From the IMG/VR virus record IMGVR_UViG_3300044730_000954: DNA of 64,000 nt; one strand, given 5' to 3'. The notes beneath the pieces were generated by a model, which had not been told where the DNA came from, did no database searches, and was given only the letters and a program-made list of their open reading frames with translations. The stretch comes from an uncultured virus (IMG/VR IMGVR_UViG_3300044730_000954). Its lineage: Duplodnaviria; Heunggongvirae; Uroviricota; Caudoviricetes. The stretch's first letter is position 1; each line of letters starts with the position of its first letter. A program made the translations under genes and the position numbers. Shown piece after piece: positions 57,501 through 64,000 of the stretch.

Positions 57501-60500
57501 ACCTACAGCAAAAAATAAACCATTTGCATAAGTAATTGATGTTATATCTCCATATTCAATAAGTTGATTTGGTGAATTCCCTGATACTGTTGTAGTCCAT
57601 GTAACGAGGTCTGTTGATTTTCTAATTTTTGGGTCAGTTCCTGAATACTGACTTGCTAACCAAAAATCATTACCATAAGATATTGCATCTATAGATATAC
57701 TTGTTTGGGTAGTCCATGTAATAGCGTCTGTTGAGGTGCGGAGTGGGCCAGAAGGTGCATTACTGATTGCTACCCATAGGCTATTGCCGTAGGCTATTGA
57801 GCTGATTTGTGTATTTCCAAAGTTGGAGGTTTGAGTGGTCCATGTAATAGTATCTGTTGATGTGCGGAGTTGGCCTGAATTGCCACCTGCTACCCATAGA
57901 CTATTGCCGTAGGCTATTGACTGAATTGTTGTATTTCCAAAGTTGGAGGTTTGGGTAGTCCATGTAATAGCATCTGTTGAGGTGCGGAGTTGGCCTGAAT
58001 TGCCACCTGCTACCCATAGATTATTGCCGTAGGCTATTGAGTTAATTGTTGTATTTCCAAAGTTGGAGGTTCGGGTAGTCCATGTAATAGCGTCTGTTGA
58101 AGTATATATTATAGATTGATTATCTGAACCTATCACCCATAGACCATTTCCGTATGCCACACACAAACCACTTACTACTTTATCAATTGATATAGTATTA
58201 ATATATTGTTGATCAATAAATCCATTATTTTCATAACTATAGTATGAAAAACTACCATCTATAAAGTTAATTTTATTATCTCTACCTTTACTAGCACTAA
58301 GAATAGATTCAAATGGTTTAGAAATCTGTGATTTTAATATTAAATCTGATGCACCAACATATATATATCCATTAGCATAGCAAATAGCACTTAAGGTACA
58401 TTCTCTATATCCAGCATCTGTTTTAGATGTTTGTGTTACCCAAGTCATCAGATCAGTTGAAGTTTTTAAACCAAAATATATACTATTATCTATTGAATAA
58501 TAAATGTTATTTGCATAGTAAAGTTTTGAAGACCTATTGTTTATTTTTGTTGTCCAGGTAATTGCGTCTGTTGAGGTGCGGATTTGGCCTAGAGTTCCAG
58601 TAGTAGCACCTGCTACCCATAAGTTGTTAACATATATTATTGAGTTAATCTGATGACCTCCACTAAAGTTTGAGGTTTGGGTGGTCCATGTAGTAGCGTC
58701 TGTTGAGGTGCGGAGTTGGCCTATGTTGCCACCTGCTACCCATAGGCTGTTGCCATAGGCTATTGAGTTGATAGGTGTAGTTCCAAAGTTGGAGGTTACA
58801 GTGGTCCATGTAGTACCGTCTGTTGAGGTGCGGAGTTGGCCTGACTCACCACCTGCTACCCATAGGCTGTTGCCATAGGCTATTGAGTTGATAGGTGTAG
58901 TTCCAAAGTTGGAGGTTCGGGTGGTCCATGTAGTACCGTCTGTTGAGGTGCGGAGTTGGCCTGAATTGCCACCTGCTACCCATAGATTATTTCCGTAGGC
59001 TATTGAGTTAATTGTATTTCCAAAGTTGGAGGTTCGGGTGGTCCAAGTTATGCCGTCTGTTGAAGTAGATAAAAATCCACCGCCCCCTGAAGCTATAAAT
59101 AAACCATTTTCATAGATTATTGAACTAACTTGATACTTAATAGCTGATGACCAACTAAGACTTGTTGTTGTCCAAATATAGTTACCGTATACAGCATTAA
59201 AATTACCTACACTATTAATTCTATTATATGATTCTGCCACAAATCCATTGTTTCCAGATATTAATGTAAGTCCATTCTGACTTGTAATATTTTTTGTACT
59301 GTCCTGAGTTGCAGTAGATAATGAAGTAAAAGCACCGTGATTAATAGATGCTGTTGTCCATGTGTCTAAATTTGTAGAATATTTTGTTAAGTCTCCAGTT
59401 GATGATGAAATAAAAGAAAAATTATCAGATGCCATTTCGGCGAATTGAATTCCAGAATTATTACTAGAGTCAACTGATACAATTTTATTATTTCCATAAA
59501 CTAATGTACCGCCAGTGCTAATTAATTGTTTAGTTGTTTCGGTAGTCCATGTAATACCGTCTGTTGAACTTTGCAAAAGAGTATTACTTGCAAAAACATC
59601 AAGTGCCAATACCCATAAATTATTAGCATAAAGTATCTTGTCAACTGAACCTGTGTTGCCTAATGGGGTTACAGTAGTCCATGTAATACCGTCTGTTGAC
59701 CTTCTTAACATAGGTGTTATACTTGAAAGACCACCACCTGCTAACCATAAACTGTTACCGTAGGCTACTGACAATATAGTTGAAGTTCCAAAGTTTGAGG
59801 TTCGGGTAGTCCATGTAATAGTATCTGTTGAGGTGCGGAGTTGGCCTGAATTGCCACCTGCTACCCATAGATTATTTCCGTAGGCTATTGAGTTAATTGT
59901 ATTTCCAAAGTTGGAGGTTCGGGTGGTCCATGTAATAGCGTCTGTTGATGTGCGGATTTGGCCATTATCGCCAACTGCTACCCAAAGGCTATTGCCGTAG
60001 GCTATTGAGTTGATTTGTGTATTTCCAAAGTTGGAGGTTTGAGTGGTCCATGTAATGGTATCTGTTGAGGTGCGGAGTTGGCCTGTATTGCCACCTGCTA
60101 CCCATAGGCTGTTGCCGTAGGCTATTGAGTTGATAAGTGTAGTTCCAAAACCAAAATTTGTAGTAGTGGCAGTGTTCCATATAATTCCATCTGTTGAAGT
60201 AACAGAAGTGCCAACGCTAGATGTTTGTCTAGCTTGAGCTATAAAAAATCCATTTCCATAAGCAGCTGTGGATTCAAATCCAATTAATCCAAAGTCATTT
60301 TGTGAGCCAAGTTGCCAAGTTAAAGGATTTAAATAATTATTTACTTGATAAACAGCATTTATATTTGAAGATCCAAATCCTGAATCTATAGTTGTCCATG
60401 TAGTTTGGTTGGTAGATAAATAAAATAAATTATTATTACCCCCGACTAATGTAAGAGATCCTGATGGTATTGTTCCATATGTTGATGAAGTTACTGCTTG

Positions 60501-60677
60501 ATCTAATGTACCGTCAAAAATATTATTTAATGAATAACCTGCTGAAATATTAGTAGTAAATGTTGATAGATCTCCTGTTGTAGATCTTAATGTACCGTCG
60601 CTATTTGCAAAAAATATTTTCTTAAGGAAGCCCGATGCTGTGCTTATTGCGCTTGCAATAATTCCTAATATTGGCAT
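54507..60677 (-). CDS. 2056-aa multi-beta-propeller (BNR/Asp-box) protein, probable adhesin/receptor-binding appendage
   Basis: ~40-aa blades ending STDxxTW; N-terminal MPILGIIAS peptide. Confidence 0.8.
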   Translation of the reverse strand: MPILGIIASAISTASGFLKKIFFANSDGTLRSTTGDLSTFTTNISAGYSLNNIFDGTLDQAVTSSTYGTIPSGSLTLVGGNNNLFYLSTNQTTWTTIDSGFGSSNINAVYQVNNYLNPLTWQLGSQNDFGLIGFESTAAYGNGFFIAQARQTSSVGTSVTSTDGIIWNTATTTNFGFGTTLINSIAYGNSLWVAGGNTGQLRTSTDTITWTTQTSNFGNTQINSIAYGNSLWVAVGDNGQIRTSTDAITWTTRTSNFGNTINSIAYGNNLWVAGGNSGQLRTSTDTITWTTRTSNFGTSTILSVAYGNSLWLAGGGLSSITPMLRRSTDGITWTTVTPLGNTGSVDKILYANNLWVLALDVFASNTLLQSSTDGITWTTETTKQLISTGGTLVYGNNKIVSVDSSNNSGIQFAEMASDNFSFISSSTGDLTKYSTNLDTWTTASINHGAFTSLSTATQDSTKNITSQNGLTLISGNNGFVAESYNRINSVGNFNAVYGNYIWTTTSLSWSSAIKYQVSSIIYENGLFIASGGGGFLSTSTDGITWTTRTSNFGNTINSIAYGNNLWVAGGNSGQLRTSTDGTTWTTRTSNFGTTPINSIAYGNSLWVAGGESGQLRTSTDGTTWTTVTSNFGTTPINSIAYGNSLWVAGGNIGQLRTSTDATTWTTQTSNFSGGHQINSIIYVNNLWVAGATTGTLGQIRTSTDAITWTTKINNRSSKLYYANNIYYSIDNSIYFGLKTSTDLMTWVTQTSKTDAGYRECTLSAICYANGYIYVGASDLILKSQISKPFESILSASKGRDNKINFIDGSFSYYSYENNGFIDQQYINTISIDKVVSGLCVAYGNGLWVIGSDNQSIIYTSTDAITWTTRTSNFGNTTINSIAYGNNLWVAGGNSGQLRTSTDAITWTTQTSNFGNTTIQSIAYGNSLWVAGGNSGQLRTSTDTITWTTQTSNFGNTQISSIAYGNSLWVAISNAPSGPLRTSTDAITWTTQTSISIDAISYGNDFWLASQYSGTDPKIRKSTDLVTWTTTVSGNSPNQLIEYGDITSITYANGLFFAVGGKNLIAYTTDGITWITVPTYSRENNNSIINQSVAYGNGIFVIARDLSTSGAFIYIPGNEKSFTTSLDNNVVATNNGYIYRYDPTLDVNLYYNTGQIGNIKNISYNNNSYAMIVDKRDPLTWTTFSTGFGTTDPVVIKYGNGLFLASSGPELSTGVTWTTRTSNFGTSIIYSITYGNNLWVAAGSGQQIRTSTDTITWITRTSNFTSGAILSIAYGNSLFVVGGSLGQLRTSTDGTTWTTVTSNFGTTIINSIAYGNSLWVAGGNTGQIRTSTDATTWTTRTSNFGTTQINSIAYDNSLWVAGGNSGQLRTSTDATTWTTRTSNFGTTAINSIAYGNSLWVAGGLTGQLRTSTDAITWTTQTSNFGNTQINSIAYGNSLWVAGGALGQLRTSTDATTWITGIPNLDSSSILSVAYANNIFILGNTIGQLRSSFNNFNLKTSTDLITWTSRQSNFVGSNMLSTIYKNNLWVAGGSNGALRTSTDAISWTTRTSNYVIDSILSIDYGNSLWVASGSQEYLSTWNEPTSNFGNTTIFSIAYGNSLWVAGGNTGQIRTSTDTITWTTQTSNFGNTTIQSIAYGNSLWVAGGQSGQIRTSTDATTWTTRTSNFGTTAINSIAYGNNLWVAGGTTGQLRTSTDATTWTTRTSNFGNTQINSIAYDNSLWVAGGTTGQLRTSTDAITWTTRTSNFGNTQINSIAYGNNLWVAVGDTGQLRTSTDAITWTTRTSNFGTTLINSIAYGNSLWVAGGATGQIRTSTDAITWTTVNNNFNYSQINTVVYGNNTLVTGGFEGKIQSSTNKFSIISSTDAITWTTPQVNFTSTKPYYISYGSGLWLSYGQNEPIRTSTDTITWTTQTSNFGNTNIDSVSYINNIWIAVGDAGQIRTSTDAITWNTQTSNFATTNILAVSYGNSFYTAVGDLGQIRVSTDNVSWTTRISNYRSTINSIVYGNNLWVFGGIQGQTGYSSVNTEYGAYVSTNGTSWTTLSLPISTDTIKDVKVI
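55215..60150. repeat. Coding 120-nt repeats, about 23 near-canonical units in five blocks
   Basis: Recurrent + strand core tctgttgaggtgcggagttggcc...ccacctgctacccatag...taggctattgag...ttccaaagttggagg. Confidence 0.95.
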
Positions 60678-60751
60678 GTTTTTTTATTCCTTAGATAAGT
60701 TATATAAAGATAATCAATATTCAATATTTGGATATGGGTCATAGCCATTAT

Positions 60752-60760
60752 ATTATATCA
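60752..60760 (-). promoter_or_regulatory. Extended -10 promoter TGATATAAT for the propeller gene
   Basis: Exact motif in a divergent intergenic region. Confidence 0.7.
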
Positions 60761-60770
60761 TCTTAAAAAC

Positions 60771-60800
60771 TTGCACAATAAACCATATTTGTGTTATACT
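60771..60800 (+). promoter_or_regulatory. Full sigma70-type promoter
   Basis: TTGCAC-N18-TATACT with extended TG. Confidence 0.75.
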
Positions 60801-60849
60801 AGGTGTATGACACCGTTTATGGTGTCATATGCATTTTAGGAGGAAAAAC

Positions 60850-61401
60850 TTGAAAAACAATAAAATGCTTGTAGGGATAATCAGTAGTGCGATTTTATTT
60901 ACTCATCTTTTTGGGGCTATACCGTCGCATGCCACTGATAATGGTTTGTCTAAACAGGGGCTTGTAGTGATTGCCACCCCCGAGGTGGCTTTTCTGCTTT
61001 CTGAAGACAAAAATAAAAAAATACTGAGCAAGTATGAAAATGCGACAAGTTTGACTGACAGCCAGTTGGTTGAATTACTTAAGGCGGTAGGGTTCAAAGG
61101 AAAAGCTTTAAAGACTGCTTGGGCAGTTGCCAAGGCTGAATCCAATGGTCGTCCATTTGCTTTTAATGGAAACACCAATACTGGAGATTCCTCTTACGGT
61201 ATCTTTCAGATTAATATGTTAGGAACTTTAGGTCCAGACAGACGAGACAGGTTTGAGATTGATCTAAATGCTGAATTGTTTAGTCCAGTAACTAACGCAG
61301 AAATTGTCTATCATATGACAAAAGGCGGGGTAGACTGGAGTTCATGGTCATCTTTCAACAAAGGTGCTCATTATAAATGGCTAAATAAGTTTCCTAATTA
61401 A
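60850..61401 (+). CDS. Secreted lysozyme-like lytic transglycosylase
   Basis: Signal peptide ending PSHA; AWAVAKAESNG..GDSSYGIFQIN..WSSW; TTG start 6 nt after AGGAGG. Confidence 0.85.
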   Translation: MKNNKMLVGIISSAILFTHLFGAIPSHATDNGLSKQGLVVIATPEVAFLLSEDKNKKILSKYENATSLTDSQLVELLKAVGFKGKALKTAWAVAKAESNGRPFAFNGNTNTGDSSYGIFQINMLGTLGPDRRDRFEIDLNAELFSPVTNAEIVYHMTKGGVDWSSWSSFNKGAHYKWLNKFPN

Positions 61402-61406
61402 ATAAT

Positions 61407-61434
61407 ATAGCCCTATATTAATTTATAGGGCTAT
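61407..61434. terminator. Bidirectional hairpin between convergent genes
   Basis: ATAGCCCTATA-TTAATT-TATAGGGCTAT, perfect 11-bp stem. Confidence 0.75.
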
Positions 61435-62393
61435 TCTTTAATATTATTATCTTTTAAATATTTATAATAATTATTTTTAATAAAATAAAAATCTAATCCA
61501 AGTTCTATACAAAAGTCTTTAAAAGTTCTTTGTACATCATGTATATAAAATCTTGTATTTTTGGAATTAAATAAAAATTTATAAAAATCTGGCTTAAAAA
61601 TTATGTGGTCTTTATCCTTTTCTGATAGAACTTTAAATGTTTTATCACTAAAGTTTTTTGATCCATATACAAGTTCGTTATATTCTTCATTGTTATGAGA
61701 TAAATAGTTATACCCTAAAATTGCATAAGTATCATAACCCCTTATATAAGAAAAAATACTATCAACATACTCTTCTGTAAAAAAATCAGAATACGAATCA
61801 AAAGAACCATCTGTTATAAATGTATTATCTGAAAAAATAAATTGACCAGTTATATATTGAGTTTTAGCAAAATCACCAATAATTTCAATATTTTTAAATT
61901 TTGATATTTCTCTTTGCTCACTGCCTATTCCTAAAAAATTATACCCCGAATTATTGTTTATGTAAAATGAAGTAACACTGTTTTTTTCTTCTTCATTTTC
62001 TTTCCCAATATGTCTTGTTAAAAATTTAGAAATAATAACCTTATCTTTACCAGTTATTTGTTTTAACTCATTAAATTTTTTAATTAAATTAATATCACAG
62101 TTTTTTTCAAAAAACATATGAGAGTCTATTTGCAAAAAATAATCTTGATTACGCATTAATTTTCTTAATATGTACCTAATACGAACAACGCCAGGTCTGT
62201 TTTTAGCATTTAAATTTAATAATGATAAATTTTCTGTTTTAATAAAAGAAAAATCTGGAATTTTTATTTTTTCATTTTGAACTGCTATTCCAAAATATAA
62301 ATTTTCAGGATACAGAGCATTATCTATAGCAGATTTAACTGTTCTTTCTAAAAAAGGGTCTTCGTATGATGCAATAGATACATATATGGACAC
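61431..62393 (-). CDS. GT60-like (Skp1-hydroxyproline GlcNAc-transferase-type) glycosyltransferase
   Basis: IYVSIASYEDP..TV..A..PENLYFGI..Q, YFLQIDSHMFF, FFTEE..S....RGYD. Confidence 0.75.
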   Translation of the reverse strand: MSIYVSIASYEDPFLERTVKSAIDNALYPENLYFGIAVQNEKIKIPDFSFIKTENLSLLNLNAKNRPGVVRIRYILRKLMRNQDYFLQIDSHMFFEKNCDINLIKKFNELKQITGKDKVIISKFLTRHIGKENEEEKNSVTSFYINNNSGYNFLGIGSEQREISKFKNIEIIGDFAKTQYITGQFIFSDNTFITDGSFDSYSDFFTEEYVDSIFSYIRGYDTYAILGYNYLSHNNEEYNELVYGSKNFSDKTFKVLSEKDKDHIIFKPDFYKFLFNSKNTRFYIHDVQRTFKDFCIELGLDFYFIKNNYYKYLKDNNIKE

Positions 62394-62394
62394 A

Positions 62395-63018
62395 TTACTC
62401 CGTTCCGTCTGACATTAACATATCATGTCTATTGTGAAACCAAGCTGGTATTGAGTATCTAGTTCCAGAAACGATATCCGATATTGTATGAACATACAAA
62501 AAGTTTGATGGGAATAAGACAACGCTTCCAGCTTTTGGTTTTATTGTTATATTTGAAATTGGAAAAGATATTTCTCCACCTTCATAATCGTCATTTAAAT
62601 ATATTAACACACTTAAGGCTCTTGTACTTACTCCATGATCTTGATGGGGAGGTAAAAATCCACCTTTAACATATTTTAATATATTTGGCCTTTCTCGCCC
62701 CTTTAAATTAGCTCTAGCAAATGTATACTCACTAAAGTACTCTTCTAGTGCTTTGTCTGCAATTAAGTTAATTTCATTTATTAAAAATAATTCTTCTTCA
62801 TAGTATTTATGATTTGTAAAAAGCTCTTCCTTGTTTTGTAGTCTTTTTTGATAACAAAATACACTGTTTTGTCCATCCACCCATGGATTCCAAATTGTTC
62901 CATTATTTTCTTGTTCACTTTTACTATTATAGTTTTCTAAGAATTCAATTATTTGATTTCCATTATTAAAAACATCCTCAACCATAATTAAACCAAGATC
63001 TAATTTTTTAGTTATCAT
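62395..63018 (-). CDS. Prolyl-4-hydroxylase-like 2OG-Fe(II) oxygenase
   Basis: HQD..IYLNDDYEGGE..FPS..H..GTRY; GGAGG SD supports ATG 63018. Confidence 0.88.
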   Translation of the reverse strand: MITKKLDLGLIMVEDVFNNGNQIIEFLENYNSKSEQENNGTIWNPWVDGQNSVFCYQKRLQNKEELFTNHKYYEEELFLINEINLIADKALEEYFSEYTFARANLKGRERPNILKYVKGGFLPPHQDHGVSTRALSVLIYLNDDYEGGEISFPISNITIKPKAGSVVLFPSNFLYVHTISDIVSGTRYSIPAWFHNRHDMLMSDGTE

Positions 63019-63574
63019 TTTTAGCCTCCAATATATCTGGATCTGCAAAAGCAATATCCGAGCAGTGATGAAATAAAAGTGTATATCTATGTCCGCTTGT
63101 TACCTTAGTAATTCCATGAATATAGGAAGAATTTTTTTGTGGAAATAAGACAGCGGAATATTTTACTGGAACATATTTAAAGTTTTTTTGTGGAAAATAT
63201 ATTACTCCACCTTCAAATTCTGGTGGCTCATTTAGATATATTACAGTACTCCACTGAATAAATGGTTCTTTTTCAATATCGTCAAGATGTGGCGGTCCTT
63301 CATTATCTGTTTCCCAATGCGAAGAATACCCTTTTGTTGCATAAATATTTTCATCTAAATTAAATAATTCTTGAATTTTTTTATTTGCTTTTTCTCCATA
63401 TTTTTTTAACATTGACACAGTAATTTTATTATATGGCAAAGCCGTTCCACCATTTCTATTATTATAAAACTCTGGATATGGGTTAAATTCAGAAGGATGA
63501 TTTATTTCATTTATAATGATTTGTGCATCTTCAGGTTCAATAAAATTTTCAATAATAAATATTTGATTGCTCAT
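63008..63574 (-). CDS. Prolyl-4-hydroxylase-like 2OG-Fe(II) oxygenase
   Basis: HLD..IYLN..FEGG..H..SGHRY. Confidence 0.88.
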   Translation of the reverse strand: MSNQIFIIENFIEPEDAQIIINEINHPSEFNPYPEFYNNRNGGTALPYNKITVSMLKKYGEKANKKIQELFNLDENIYATKGYSSHWETDNEGPPHLDDIEKEPFIQWSTVIYLNEPPEFEGGVIYFPQKNFKYVPVKYSAVLFPQKNSSYIHGITKVTSGHRYTLLFHHCSDIAFADPDILEAKNDN

Positions 63575-64000
63575 ATTCTACTCCCGTGGGTATAAAATCT
63601 ATCACGCTGTAATTCTCCTATTTGATGCCTTAAATATTCCACATCATTTAATTGATGATAATTTTTTTTAATAGGATTAATTAACGCATACTCTTTGAAA
63701 TTTCTTTGTAATCCAATAAGATTTATAAACTTATTGCTACCAGTATCATATAAGCTTTGAACTTGATCATAGTTATGAGTTTTAGAAAAAGGAATATAGT
63801 CGTGCTCTTTTTTATCTAAAATATTTATAATTTCTAGTAGACTATCTTCAAAATCATACCCATTGCAAAATGCCCTAATTGATAAATCTTCTTCTTCACC
63901 CATTAATCTAAGATAGTGAGGATATCCAAAAATATCAAGATCTTGTTTTTTAATAAAAGTACCATCTACTGAAAAACTATTTTTTATGCTTTTTATTTTG
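63571..64000 (-). CDS. 3' part of a second GT60/GT-A-like glycosyltransferase (starts beyond the window)
   Basis: Frame is open from 63999; YPHYLRLMGEEEDLSIRAFCNGYD matches the EE..S...GYD motif of the 61431 gene. Confidence 0.6.
   Translation of the reverse strand, partial: KIKSIKNSFSVDGTFIKKQDLDIFGYPHYLRLMGEEEDLSIRAFCNGYDFEDSLLEIINILDKKEHDYIPFSKTHNYDQVQSLYDTGSNKFINLIGLQRNFKEYALINPIKKNYHQLNDVEYLRHQIGELQRDRFYTHGSRI

Noticed and set aside
55215..60150. CRISPR array or diversity-generating retroelement
   Set aside because: Repeats are in-frame coding units without unique spacers; differences are not adenine-specific; no reverse transcriptase or cas operon in the window
60665..60748. 27-codon upstream ORF overlapping the propeller gene start
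   Set aside because: ATG is only 3 nt from the -10 hexamer and the peptide has no features; likely chance
60801..60849. c-di-AMP riboswitch ahead of the Rpf-like gene
   Set aside because: Leader is only about 45 nt with a single hairpin
1..64000. Alternative genetic code
   Set aside because: Standard code gives dense, full-length genes ending in TAA, TAG and TGA

Overview
The window is a 64-kb, AT-rich piece of a large tailed dsDNA phage (siphovirus-type layout) with nearly all genes on the minus strand. An actinobacterial, probably freshwater, host is inferred from the phage-encoded DnaE, leaderless extended -10 promoters and secreted Ala/Thr-rich proteins; it is not proven. In transcription order (right to left) it holds: a GT60-like glycosyltransferase/prolyl-hydroxylase-like cluster, a divergent secreted lysozyme-like gene, a 2056-aa Asp-box beta-propeller repeat protein followed by more glycosyltransferases, modular fibre genes, a class II ribonucleotide reductase, portal, protease-scaffold, major capsid, neck, tail tube, tail chaperones, tape measure, tail tip, DnaB, DnaG, SSB, DnaE, MazG-like, RecA, nucleases, terminase and two secreted proteins. 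The best leads are: (1) a nested 'propellers inside propellers' adhesin with homogenised 120-nt repeats and variable loops; (2) a candidate proline hydroxylation plus hydroxyproline glycosylation pathway; (3) tail chaperones made by gene duplication rather than frameshift; (4) a stand-alone copy of the capsid N-arm; (5) a plug-and-socket fibre chain; (6) a TGnTAnnnT promoter at most gene junctions. No tRNA, rRNA, CRISPR array, integrase or reverse transcriptase was seen. All calls come from motif reading by eye; no database search was run.
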